A stretch of DNA of 64,000 nt from Alphaproteobacteria bacterium (GTDB lineage: Bacteria; Pseudomonadota; Alphaproteobacteria; Bin95), in contig JBDQJI010000005.1 in assembly GCA_040263875.1 (NCBI GenBank), forward strand, positions 6,496 to 70,495. Reading direction: 5' to 3'. The translations under genes and the position numbers were made by a program. Shown here one piece after another: positions 19,844 to 28,858 of this stretch (position 1 is its first letter; the number at the start of each line of letters is the position of its first letter). The notes below the pieces were generated by a model, which saw only the letters and a program-made list of their open reading frames with translations, was not told where the DNA came from and did not search any database.

Positions 19844-20437
19844 TTAGCTACTAACGTCCGCGCCCACAGTTTCCTGAAAATCGAGGGCGCGGATGAAAGT
19901 CCAGCCGATATAAAGCCTATCCCGGTGGCGGATGGCGGTGATGAAGTAATCATCCTCGTTCGGCCCAGCCAGGACCTGATACTCCGTCAAGCCATCGACA
20001 TGTGCTTCAACACAGCGGCGACGGCGTTCGTCTGGTTCCCACTCGCCGCCAAGGGATCGATCTTCAGCCGTACCATATTTATAGAAATCATTGGCGCAGG
20101 TCACACCGTGGACGAAGCCTTGCGCCAACACCGTATGGACCGTCCGCTCTGTGATGATAAAGCCGGAATAATGCGTGTAGCCATGGGGTCGCGCGAGCTT
20201 CAACTGTGCTGGCCCCTGGTCAAATGACCCATCCGCCTGCTTCGCTGCAGCACATGCATCTTTCGCCAGAAGTTCGGAGCTGCTCCATTCCGGCGCCGGC
20301 TTTTTGTCCTCCAGCACGCGCGTGCAGGCGAGGTCATAGAGGCTGGTATCTGGGTCTACTCGGTCACTATAGGTCAGCCCCGCGACGAGAGCCGCCCCCA
20401 GGACGATACCAAAGCCAATCATTGCACGTTTGCTCAT
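19844..20437 (-). CDS. Secreted hypothetical protein
   Basis: N-terminal signal peptide or TM (MIGFGIVLGAALVAGL). Cys-containing and of unknown family. Convergent with tam, with a 6-nt gap. Confidence 0.45.
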   Translation of the reverse strand: MSKRAMIGFGIVLGAALVAGLTYSDRVDPDTSLYDLACTRVLEDKKPAPEWSSSELLAKDACAAAKQADGSFDQGPAQLKLARPHGYTHYSGFIITERTVHTVLAQGFVHGVTCANDFYKYGTAEDRSLGGEWEPDERRRRCVEAHVDGLTEYQVLAGPNEDDYFITAIRHRDRLYIGWTFIRALDFQETVGADVSS

Positions 20438-20593
20438 GGTGGGGCCTGAAGATCTCTATCGGAACGGCGGAACGCCGACTTACTTCCTATATTATGCCGT
20501 GATTTCAAAAAGAAACCCAGGGGCGCGCTTGCCGCATCGGCCAATCGTCCGCTACGATTCACGCCTCAGTCCCTTTATTGATCGGGCCATCCT

Positions 20594-21463
20594 TTGAAGC
20601 CGCCGGCATTTGATTACGCTGCCCCAACATCCATCGCAGAGGCTGTCCAATTATTGGCCAGCCATGCGGGTGAGGCGAAGCTGATCGCAGGCGGTCAAAG
20701 CCTGATGCCAATGCTGAACTTCCGCTTGCTTGATCCAGCGCTCTTGGTGGATATCAGCCGCCTGCCCGCCTTCGACCAAATCACAGCGGGTGAGCGCGGA
20801 ATAACCGTGGGCGGAGGTGCACGTCACTATGCGCTTATGCGGTCACCAGAATTGGCGGAGCGCTTACCAATCATCAGCCATACCATGCAGTATGTTGCGC
20901 ATATGGCGATCCGAAACCGAGGCACCATCGGCGGCAGCTTGGCCCATGGTGACCCGGCGGCAGAACTGCCATTGCTGGCAGTATTGCTCGACGCAGAAAT
21001 CCACATTACTGGCCCAGCAGGTGACCGAACCGCCCGCGCCGAGGATTTTTTCCTCGCCCCGCTGACCACTGATCTCAGCGAGGATGAAATCCTAACTGCC
21101 GTCACCTTCCCAAACCTGGCTGCAGGTTCAGGTTGGGGCTTTGAGGAGATCGCACGGCGGTCTGGCGATTTCGCCCTTGCGGGTGCAGGTGCGGTCCTGA
21201 CCCTGCACCATGGTGCCATTGCCGATGTTCGACTTGCCATGATGGGTGTCGATGAAACGCCGCGCCGCTTGCCAGCCATTGAGGCAATGTTGCTTGGCCG
21301 CGCTTGGGACGCGGGTGTGCGGGCTGCGGCAGTGCGACAAGTTCGAGAACAGGTCAACCCGATGAGCGACCTCCAAGCCTCCGCCGATTACCGCCGACAT
21401 TTGGCCGGTGTGGTCGCAGGCCGGGCGTTGGATGCCGCCTGGGCCAAGGGTCAAACGCTATGA
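20594..21463 (+). CDS. Molybdenum hydroxylase (xanthine dehydrogenase/CoxM family) FAD-binding medium subunit
   Basis: FDY ... EAVQLL ... KLIAGGQSLMPMLNFR and a CO-dehydrogenase-flavoprotein-like C-terminus. Uses a TTG start. Confidence 0.85.
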   Translation: MKPPAFDYAAPTSIAEAVQLLASHAGEAKLIAGGQSLMPMLNFRLLDPALLVDISRLPAFDQITAGERGITVGGGARHYALMRSPELAERLPIISHTMQYVAHMAIRNRGTIGGSLAHGDPAAELPLLAVLLDAEIHITGPAGDRTARAEDFFLAPLTTDLSEDEILTAVTFPNLAAGSGWGFEEIARRSGDFALAGAGAVLTLHHGAIADVRLAMMGVDETPRRLPAIEAMLLGRAWDAGVRAAAVRQVREQVNPMSDLQASADYRRHLAGVVAGRALDAAWAKGQTL

Positions 21464-21969
21464 TCCGCAAACGCCCCATCATACTAACCGTGAATGGCAG
21501 CACTTACGCCCGCGATATCGAACCAAGACGCCTGCTGACAGACTTTCTGCGCGAAGACCTTGGCCTGACCGGAATCCATGTAGGATGTGAGCACGGCGTT
21601 TGCGGTGCCTGTACTGTCTTGCTCGACGGCACCTCTGCCCGCGCCTGCCTATGCCTAGCAGTGCAGGCCGATGGCCGGGAGGTGACGACTGTTGAGGGCA
21701 TGGGAGAAATTGGCGCGCTCAGCCTGCTCCAGGAGAAATTCCGCAAGCATCACGCGCTGCAATGCGGCTTCTGCACACCCGGCATGTTGGCGACAGCCCA
21801 TGAAATTCTGTCGGACGCAGCACCGCTGACAGATGCTGAAATCCGGGAAGCGCTTTCCGGCAATCTCTGCCGTTGCACGGGGTACGAGCATATCGTCCGC
21901 GCTGTCAGCGAGGCGCTGAGTGAGCGCTTAGGCAGCACAGCTGCAGGAAGCGCTCCCAATGCAGGATGA
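21460..21969 (+). CDS. Molybdenum hydroxylase [2Fe-2S] small subunit (CoxS family)
   Basis: Two 2Fe-2S motifs: CEHGVCGACTVLLDG and QCGFCTPGM ... GNLCRCTGY. The start is MIRKRPIIL, giving a 4-nt overlap with the upstream stop. Confidence 0.9.
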   Translation: MIRKRPIILTVNGSTYARDIEPRRLLTDFLREDLGLTGIHVGCEHGVCGACTVLLDGTSARACLCLAVQADGREVTTVEGMGEIGALSLLQEKFRKHHALQCGFCTPGMLATAHEILSDAAPLTDAEIREALSGNLCRCTGYEHIVRAVSEALSERLGSTAAGSAPNAG

Positions 21970-24322
21970 TGCGCGCCCCAAATTCATTGGTTCCCGCGTG
22001 CAACGGCTGGAGGACCCTCGGCTGCTGACTGGCGCTGGCGGCTTTGTTGACGACATTCAATTGGCGCACACCCTGCACGTTGCCTTGGTCCGCAGCGACC
22101 ATGCCCATGCCCGTATCCTGAGCGTTGATGTAGATGCCGCCGGGGCGCTTCCAGGCGTCATCGGCATCTATACGGCGGACGATTTCTCAGCCAGCCCACT
22201 GCATGCCACATCACGCATGAAAGGCTATCAAAGCACTGGGATTACGGCGCTGGCGGAAGGTAAGGTACGCTTTGTCGGTGAAGCCATCGCCGCCGTTGTC
22301 GCTGAAAGCCGCTATATCGCGGAAGACGCTGCAGGCCTCATCACAGTCGGTTATGCCCCGCTGCCCGACCTCGTCGATTCTCGCATTGCGGCGGCCAGCG
22401 ACGTGCTGCTGCACGAACATCACGAAAGCAATATTCTGGTTTCCCGCAAATTTGCGCGCGGTGATGTAGCCGAAGCCTTCGCCAATGCAGCGATACGCGT
22501 AAAAGACAGCTTTCGCTTCCATCGCAAGACGCCCCTGGCGATCGAAAACCGCAGCTACTTGGCAGACTTCAACAAAGGCAAGCAGGCCCTCACACTCTAT
22601 TCGTCGACGCAGGTTCCGGGCGTCATCCGCGATGCGTTGGCCGAAGTGCTGGCGATGCCAGGGCATAGCGTGCGCGTCGTCGCCCCGGATGTTGGCGGTG
22701 GGTTTGGCGGCAAGGCCTCCCTTTATCCAGAAGAAATCCTGGTCTCGCTGCTATCCCGCAAGCTTGGCCAGCCGGTTAAATGGACCAGTGACCGGCTTGA
22801 GGACCTGCTGACGACCTCTCAGGCTTTCGATGAGGCTATCGACGCCGAGCTTGCCGTCGACAAAGACGGGCACCTGCTTGGACTGAAGGCTGAAATCCTA
22901 GGCGATGTCGGGGCGTATTCCATCTATCCATGGACCGCAGCGCTGGAGCCGATGCAGGTGGCGGGCTTCCTGCCAGGACCATATCAGCTAGCGAACTATC
23001 AGGCAGAAGTCGTGGCCGTCACTACCAACAAAACACCGGCTGGCCCCTATCGCGGCGTTGGCCGCCCCGCCGCCGCATTCGTGCTTGAACGGTTAATCGA
23101 CATGGCGGCCCAGCGCTTGGACCTGGACCCCGTGGAGATGCGCCGTCGGAACCTGGTGCAGCCAGGCCAATTTCCCTATCGCACCGGCTCCGGCATCGTC
23201 TGGGATCAATCCGGCTTCATAGAATGCCTGGAGCTGGCGTGCAAAGGGGTTAACTATCCCGCACTGCAAGCTGAACGTAGCGTAGCGCGCCAGGCTGGTC
23301 GTTGGTTCGGCGTTGGCGTCGCGTCTTATGCGGAGTTGACGGGCATCGGCTCCCGCATGTCAGCAGCACCGGGCATGCCAATCAACACCGGGACCGAAAC
23401 TGCGACAGTGGAGGTCGATGCCTCTGGTGCTGTTCGTGCCACGTTCGGCGTCGCATCCCATGGCCAAGGCTTGGAAACAACGCTGGCGCAGATTGTGGCG
23501 GACGAACTGAGTGTGCCGGTGGACAGCGTACAGGTGATCCATGGGGACAGCGCCGCCGTCACCCATTCCACCGGCACCTATGCCAGCCGCAGCGCCGTGC
23601 TGGCGGGCGGGGCAGCTCATTTGAGCGGCCAAGCCGTTCGCGACAAAGTGCTGGAAGCGGCCGCGTTCATGCTGGAAGCGGATACGGATGACCTGGACAT
23701 CGAAGACGGCATCATCAGCGAGCGTGGCACCAACAAGACCTTAAGCCTCGCGGAAGTTGGCCGGGCTGTATATTCCGAAATGGGCCGGTTCCCGCTTGAA
23801 ATGCGGGCGGAACTCGATCTTCGCGCCACCAAATTCTACGATCCAGAATTCGGCACCACGACATCCGCAACCCACATCGCTGCCGTTGAGATTGACCCGG
23901 AGACATTCATCGTCACCGTGAAGCGCTTCCTGGTGGCGGAGGATTGCGGGCGGCTGATCAACCCGATGATCGTGGATGGACAGGTCCATGGCGGCATCGT
24001 TCAGGGCATTGGCGCTGCACTCTATGAGGAGGTCGTGCACGATCAAAACGGCCAAGCGCTTTCCGCCAGTTTAGTCGATTACGTGGCCCCCTCCGCCGCA
24101 GAGACTCCAAAGCTGGAAGTGCTGCATTTGGATACGGCCGCACTCGGCACGCTGGGCGGATACCGGGGCATGGGCGAAGGCGGTACAATCGGCGCGCCCG
24201 CTGCTATCGCCAATGCCATCACGGACGCGCTATCCCATTTGAATATCAACATATCGGAACTGCCCGCAACGCCCGAGCGCATTTACCGCCTGGTGACCCA
24301 GGCGATTGAAGGAGATACCTGA
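21959..24322 (+). CDS. Molybdenum hydroxylase molybdopterin-binding large subunit (CoxL / xanthine dehydrogenase family)
   Basis: 787 aa with the aldehyde-oxidase/XDH a/b hammerhead and MoCo-binding blocks. The loop GPYRGVGRP is neither the form-I CODH motif VAYRCSFR nor an exact form-II AYRGAGR. Confidence 0.88.
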   Translation: MQDDARPKFIGSRVQRLEDPRLLTGAGGFVDDIQLAHTLHVALVRSDHAHARILSVDVDAAGALPGVIGIYTADDFSASPLHATSRMKGYQSTGITALAEGKVRFVGEAIAAVVAESRYIAEDAAGLITVGYAPLPDLVDSRIAAASDVLLHEHHESNILVSRKFARGDVAEAFANAAIRVKDSFRFHRKTPLAIENRSYLADFNKGKQALTLYSSTQVPGVIRDALAEVLAMPGHSVRVVAPDVGGGFGGKASLYPEEILVSLLSRKLGQPVKWTSDRLEDLLTTSQAFDEAIDAELAVDKDGHLLGLKAEILGDVGAYSIYPWTAALEPMQVAGFLPGPYQLANYQAEVVAVTTNKTPAGPYRGVGRPAAAFVLERLIDMAAQRLDLDPVEMRRRNLVQPGQFPYRTGSGIVWDQSGFIECLELACKGVNYPALQAERSVARQAGRWFGVGVASYAELTGIGSRMSAAPGMPINTGTETATVEVDASGAVRATFGVASHGQGLETTLAQIVADELSVPVDSVQVIHGDSAAVTHSTGTYASRSAVLAGGAAHLSGQAVRDKVLEAAAFMLEADTDDLDIEDGIISERGTNKTLSLAEVGRAVYSEMGRFPLEMRAELDLRATKFYDPEFGTTTSATHIAAVEIDPETFIVTVKRFLVAEDCGRLINPMIVDGQVHGGIVQGIGAALYEEVVHDQNGQALSASLVDYVAPSAAETPKLEVLHLDTAALGTLGGYRGMGEGGTIGAPAAIANAITDALSHLNINISELPATPERIYRLVTQAIEGDT

Positions 24323-24323
24323 C

Positions 24324-25079
24324 ATGGACTTGAATTTGACTGGCAAAGTGGCCCTGGTAACCGGCGGCGGGCGGGACGTTGGCCGCGAAATTGCGCTGCA
24401 GCTTGCAGCGGAAGGGGCGATTGTCGCCGTCAACTTCAACCGCTCCGCCGATGAAGCGGCGGCAGTTGTGCGGGACATCGAAGCGGCAGGCGGCGTCGCG
24501 AAAGCCTATGGCGCGGACATCGCGGACTATGCCGCCGTCACAGCCATGGTGGACAGCGTGGTCGCGGATTTTGGGCGGATCGAAGTTCTGGTCAACAATG
24601 CCGGATACGTGAAAGTCCAGAAATTCCTGGAGTCTGGGCCGGACGATTGGAAACCACAGATCGATACTTGCCTCTACGGTGCCATCCACTGCTGCCGCGC
24701 CGCCGCACCCCATATGGTGAAGCAAAATAGCGGCCGGATCATCAGCCTAATCGGCGACAGCTCCCGCATTGGTGAGGCCAATATCTCCATGGCCGCCGCC
24801 ACCCGCGCTGGAACAATGGCGCTTGGCAAATCCCTGGCGAAGGAGCTTGGGCGCAACAATATCACCGTCAACACGGTATCGCTTGGGCTTGTTCAGACAT
24901 CCCACTCAGACGCGGAATTCCTGGCCAAAAACATGGACAAAATCGTTCGCAACTACCCGCTTCGCCGCATCGGCAATCCGGATGACGTTGCACCAATGGT
25001 AGCGTTCCTGGCGTCAGACGCAGCCGCGTGGGTGACGGGGCAGACGATCAGCGTGAACGGCGGGTTTGCGATGGTGTAG
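24324..25079 (+). CDS. SDR family oxidoreductase (FabG-like)
   Basis: GKVALVTGGGRDVGREIA Rossmann motif, NNAG, and a catalytic S ... YxxxK context. Confidence 0.85.
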   Translation: MDLNLTGKVALVTGGGRDVGREIALQLAAEGAIVAVNFNRSADEAAAVVRDIEAAGGVAKAYGADIADYAAVTAMVDSVVADFGRIEVLVNNAGYVKVQKFLESGPDDWKPQIDTCLYGAIHCCRAAAPHMVKQNSGRIISLIGDSSRIGEANISMAAATRAGTMALGKSLAKELGRNNITVNTVSLGLVQTSHSDAEFLAKNMDKIVRNYPLRRIGNPDDVAPMVAFLASDAAAWVTGQTISVNGGFAMV

Positions 25080-25104
25080 GGCCTCAGCCCTCATCATTGG
25101 GGCA

Positions 25105-26511
25105 TTAGCCCTCTGCTAACCTAGCCAAGATCGCGGCGTTGCTGCGGATGCCTTGATGCAGGCATGCCCGTTCGAACTTTTCGTTCGGGCTGTGCATCCG
25201 GTCATCCTCCAAGCCGAAGCCGACGAGCATGCTGTCGAGGCCTAGAATGCGCTGCATGGAGCCGACAACCGGGATTGACCCGCCACAGCCCATTAGCGCT
25301 GGCTCTGCGCCGAATACGTCTCGCAAGCCTTGCTCTGCTGCTTTAAAATATCGCGTGTCCGTCGCGACTTTCAGGCCAGGGTTCACGCCGAAAAAGCGGA
25401 ATGTCAGCTTGGCGTCTTTCGGCGCACGGGCGCGGAAGAAGGCCTCTACGCCAGCCTTGATCTTCTGTGGGTCCTGGTTTGGCACCAAGCGGCAGGAGAG
25501 TTTGCAGGACGCGCGCGACGCAATCACTGTCTTCGAGCCTTCGCCCGTATATCCGCCCCAAATGCCGTTCACATCCGCCGTCGGGCGAGACCAAAGGCGC
25601 TCTAAGGGTGTGCGACCAGCTTCGCCGTGCGGAACCGTTAGGCCAACGCCCGCAAGGAAAGCATCTTCATCGAAACCAAGTGCCGCCCAATTGGCTTTAA
25701 CGGCTTCCGGCGGTTCTTCAACGTCATCATAGAAGCCTGGGATTTGCACCCGGCCCTGGTCGTCCTGCAGATCGCCGAGAATAGTCGTCAGCGCATTAAT
25801 CGGGTTCAGGACAGCGCCGCCATACAAGCCGGAATGCAGATCATGGCTGGGACCTTCCAGCGTGATTTCGGCATAGCACATACCGCGCAGCAGCCAGGTG
25901 ATCGCAGGCTTCTCCAAGCTCCACATCGGCGTATCGCAGACAATGGCAACGTCTGGGCGAGAGAGTTCTTCGGCATTTGCTTCAAGGAACGGCTCGAGAT
26001 TCGGGCTGCCGGTTTCTTCCTCGCCTTCAAGCAATACCGTGACTTCGCACGGCGGCGCGCCGTTGACTTTGTGCCAGGCGCGGAGGCTTTCAAGCCAGGT
26101 CATCACCTGGCCTTTGTCGTCCACCGCACCTCGGGCCACGATGCGCTTGCCGCGTTCTGCATCGATCAGTTGCGGCTCAAAGGGTGGCGCGTCCCAAAGC
26201 TCCAGCGGTTCTGGCGGCTGCACATCGTAATGGCCATAATACAGGACATGGGGTGCGGATTTAGCACCCCCTGCGTTCGGCCCCGGATGGTGCATCACGA
26301 TCATCGGATGGCCTGGCGTCTGCCGTTTGCCGCCGGTAAACCCAAGACCTGAAAGCTCTTTGACAGCCCAATCCGCTGCCCTCTCAACATCTGCTTTATA
26401 GGCAGGATCGGTGGAGATGGACGGGATGCGCAGCCAATCGAACAAACGCTCTAGTGAGCCGTCGATATCTGCGTCCACGGCGGTGAGAACGTCTGCTGTC
26501 GGCAAGGTCAT
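25105..26511 (-). CDS. M20-family metallopeptidase / dipeptidase
   Basis: YGHYDVQP, GAVDDKG and LEGEEETGS are typical M20 metal-binding blocks. Overlaps the upstream VWA gene by 4 nt, so the two are probably co-transcribed. Confidence 0.85.
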   Translation of the reverse strand: MTLPTADVLTAVDADIDGSLERLFDWLRIPSISTDPAYKADVERAADWAVKELSGLGFTGGKRQTPGHPMIVMHHPGPNAGGAKSAPHVLYYGHYDVQPPEPLELWDAPPFEPQLIDAERGKRIVARGAVDDKGQVMTWLESLRAWHKVNGAPPCEVTVLLEGEEETGSPNLEPFLEANAEELSRPDVAIVCDTPMWSLEKPAITWLLRGMCYAEITLEGPSHDLHSGLYGGAVLNPINALTTILGDLQDDQGRVQIPGFYDDVEEPPEAVKANWAALGFDEDAFLAGVGLTVPHGEAGRTPLERLWSRPTADVNGIWGGYTGEGSKTVIASRASCKLSCRLVPNQDPQKIKAGVEAFFRARAPKDAKLTFRFFGVNPGLKVATDTRYFKAAEQGLRDVFGAEPALMGCGGSIPVVGSMQRILGLDSMLVGFGLEDDRMHSPNEKFERACLHQGIRSNAAILARLAEG

Positions 26512-27689
26512 CGGGTCAGCGCTTTCAATCCGCGATCAAGGCCATCGACCGTCAAAGGATACATGCGGTTGGTCATGAGTTCCTTGATGATTTGCGTGGA
26601 GGGCGTGTGATCCCAGCGCTGTTCAGGGCGCGGATTGAGCCAGATCGAATCCGGCCAATGATCTAGCATGCGCGAGAGCCAAAGCGCGCCCGGCTCCTCG
26701 TTCCAATGCTCCACCGATCCGCCTTTGTATGTCACCTCGTAGGGGCTCATGAACGCATCGCCGACGAAGATGGCTTTGTAGTCCTGCGGGAACTTGTTGA
26801 TGACGTCATATGTGGGGGCCCGCTCATCAAAGCGGCGGCGATTGTCCTTCCACAGGCCTTCATAGATGCAGTTGTGGAAGTAGTAGAACTCCAGGTTTTT
26901 GAATTCGGTCCGGCTGGCGGAGAATAATTCCTCACAAACGCGGATATGGTCATCCATCGACCCGCCGACGTCAAAAAACATCAGCACTTTGACGCGGTTG
27001 GTGCGTTCTGGCCGCATGATGATATCGAGCATGCCAGCGTTCTTCGCCGTTTTGTCGATGGTTTCCTTCAGGTCCAATTCTTCTTCAGACCCCATACGCG
27101 CAAATTCCCGCAAACGGCGGAGTGCAATTTGGATGTTGCGGATGCCGAGCTGGATCGAATCATCGTAGTTCTTATATTCGCGCTTTTCCCAAACCTTCAG
27201 CGCCTTACCCTGGCGACGCTGCTTACCGCCGATGGACACACCTTCGGGGTTGAAACCGCCGGTGCCAAACGGCGATGTGCCACCGGTGCCGATCCATTTG
27301 TTGCCACCATGATGTTCGCCTTTTTGCTCCTCAAGGCGCTTTTTCAGCTCCTCCATCACTTTGTCCCAGCCGCCCATGGCTTCGATCTGCTCTTTATCCG
27401 CGTCGGACAAAAGCAGTTCTGCTTGCTTGGCGAGCCAGTCTTCAGGGATATCTGCACCGAACATGCCTTCGGTCAGGTCCTGAATGCCTTTGAAGAATTG
27501 GCCGAACACCCGGTCATACCGATCAAAGAACTTCTCGTCCTTCACCAGCGCTGCGCGGGATAGGTAGTAGAAATCATCGACACTGAACCCGGCGACGTGC
27601 TTATCCAGCGCCTCCAACAGCATCAAGAATTCCCGGATCGTCACCGGAATTTTGGCTTCTTTGACCTTAAAGAAGAACTCAATGAACAT
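26508..27689 (-). CDS. VWA domain protein, CoxE-like
   Basis: N-terminus FIEFFFKVKEAKIPVTIREFLMLLEAL follows the CoxE-type pattern. A VWA fold with a MIDAS-like region lies C-terminally. Confidence 0.8.
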   Translation of the reverse strand: MFIEFFFKVKEAKIPVTIREFLMLLEALDKHVAGFSVDDFYYLSRAALVKDEKFFDRYDRVFGQFFKGIQDLTEGMFGADIPEDWLAKQAELLLSDADKEQIEAMGGWDKVMEELKKRLEEQKGEHHGGNKWIGTGGTSPFGTGGFNPEGVSIGGKQRRQGKALKVWEKREYKNYDDSIQLGIRNIQIALRRLREFARMGSEEELDLKETIDKTAKNAGMLDIIMRPERTNRVKVLMFFDVGGSMDDHIRVCEELFSASRTEFKNLEFYYFHNCIYEGLWKDNRRRFDERAPTYDVINKFPQDYKAIFVGDAFMSPYEVTYKGGSVEHWNEEPGALWLSRMLDHWPDSIWLNPRPEQRWDHTPSTQIIKELMTNRMYPLTVDGLDRGLKALTR

Positions 27690-27736
27690 CGTCTATGGCC
27701 TCCGGGCCGTATCGCACATCCAGAACGCGGCAGGTG

Positions 27737-27844
27737 CCCCCTCACCCTGTTCCCTCGCCCTCCTTTAAAGGAGAGAGGACCCTCACTTAGGCATTCTCTT
27801 TTCGAACTCTCGCCCCATAGGAAGAGAGGGCTGGGAGAGAGGGG
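27737..27844. repeat. CT/GA-rich intergenic element between coxD-like and coxE-like genes, containing a 14-nt perfect palindrome CTCCTTTAAAGGAG (27760..27773) and a second related CTCGCCC ... GAGAGAGG unit
   Basis: Two units of similar composition, ccctcgccctcctttaaaggagagagg and ctctcgccccataggaagagagggctgggagagagggg, lie within a 175-nt spacer inside a probable operon. Confidence 0.5.
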
Positions 27845-27864
27845 AACCTTGCAGAAAGGCGCAA

Positions 27865-28788
27865 TTAGCCCCGTTCGCGCCGGCTCATAAACACCAGTCG
27901 TTCGACCATGTGTACGTCCTGCTCGTTCTTCAAGAGCGCACCATACAGCGGTGGGATAGCGTTGGAGTTTTCTTTGCCTTTGAGACTTTCCGGCGGAATA
28001 TCTTCTGCGACCAGCAACTTCAACCAGTCCAGCAGTTCGGACGTAGACGGCTTTTTCTTCACGCCTGGGATTTCCCGCAGACCAAAGAATGATTCCATCG
28101 CTGCGGTCAGCAGGTCCTTTTTGATTTCCGGGAAGTGGACATCGACAATTTCTTTCATCGTGTCTTTGTCCGGGAACTGGATGTAGTGGAAGAAGCAACG
28201 GCGGAGGAACGCGTCCGGCAGCTCTTTTTCATTGTTGGACGTGATGATCACGATGGGGCGGATATCGGCCTTAACCGTTTCGCCTGTCTCGTAAACAAAG
28301 AACTCCATCCGGTCGAGTTCCTGCAGCAGATCATTCGGGAATTCGATATCGGCTTTGTCGATTTCATCGATCAGCAGCACAACCCGCTCGCCAGCGGTGA
28401 ACGCTTCCCAGAGCTTGCCCTTCTGAATGTAGTTCTTGATATCGTGAACTTTATCATCACCAAGCTGGCTGTCGCGCAGGCGGGACACCGCATCATATTC
28501 ATACAGACCGTGCTGGGCCTTGGTGGTGGATTTAACGTGCCAGGTAATCATTTCCAGGCCAAGCGCCTTCGCAACCTCGAACGCCAGGACGGTCTTGCCA
28601 GTGCCGGGTTCGCCTTTGATCAGCAGCGGGCGTTCAAGAGTGATCGCCGCATTAACGGCGAGCATGAGATCATCTGTGGCGACATAATTGTCGGAGCCGG
28701 TAAAACGCATGGCGGACAGCAACCTTTTCGTGGGATTGAGGTGATATTCAGATGTATGAACGGTAATGGCCTGTGGCCAATGCTGCAA
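27865..28788 (-). CDS. MoxR-family AAA+ ATPase, CoxD-like
   Basis: Walker A GEPGTGKT and Walker B VLLIDEIDKA. Its size of about 307 aa is typical of MoxR. Confidence 0.88.
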   Translation of the reverse strand: MQHWPQAITVHTSEYHLNPTKRLLSAMRFTGSDNYVATDDLMLAVNAAITLERPLLIKGEPGTGKTVLAFEVAKALGLEMITWHVKSTTKAQHGLYEYDAVSRLRDSQLGDDKVHDIKNYIQKGKLWEAFTAGERVVLLIDEIDKADIEFPNDLLQELDRMEFFVYETGETVKADIRPIVIITSNNEKELPDAFLRRCFFHYIQFPDKDTMKEIVDVHFPEIKKDLLTAAMESFFGLREIPGVKKKPSTSELLDWLKLLVAEDIPPESLKGKENSNAIPPLYGALLKNEQDVHMVERLVFMSRRERG

Positions 28789-28858
28789 GCACGGCTTGGC
28801 GTCGATCGAATAGAGCGCTATGTCCCGAGTACATGATTTTCAGAAAGTTTAGACGCTG

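Noticed and set aside
20594-24322. Calling the MSL molybdoenzyme a bona fide carbon-monoxide dehydrogenase
   Set aside because: The large-subunit active-site loop GPYRGVGRP does not match the form-I CODH signature. Only the generic family assignment is supported.
27795-27815. tRNA T-loop-like 'ttcgaactc'
   Set aside because: No acceptor or anticodon stem could be built around it. It is part of the CT/GA-rich spacer.
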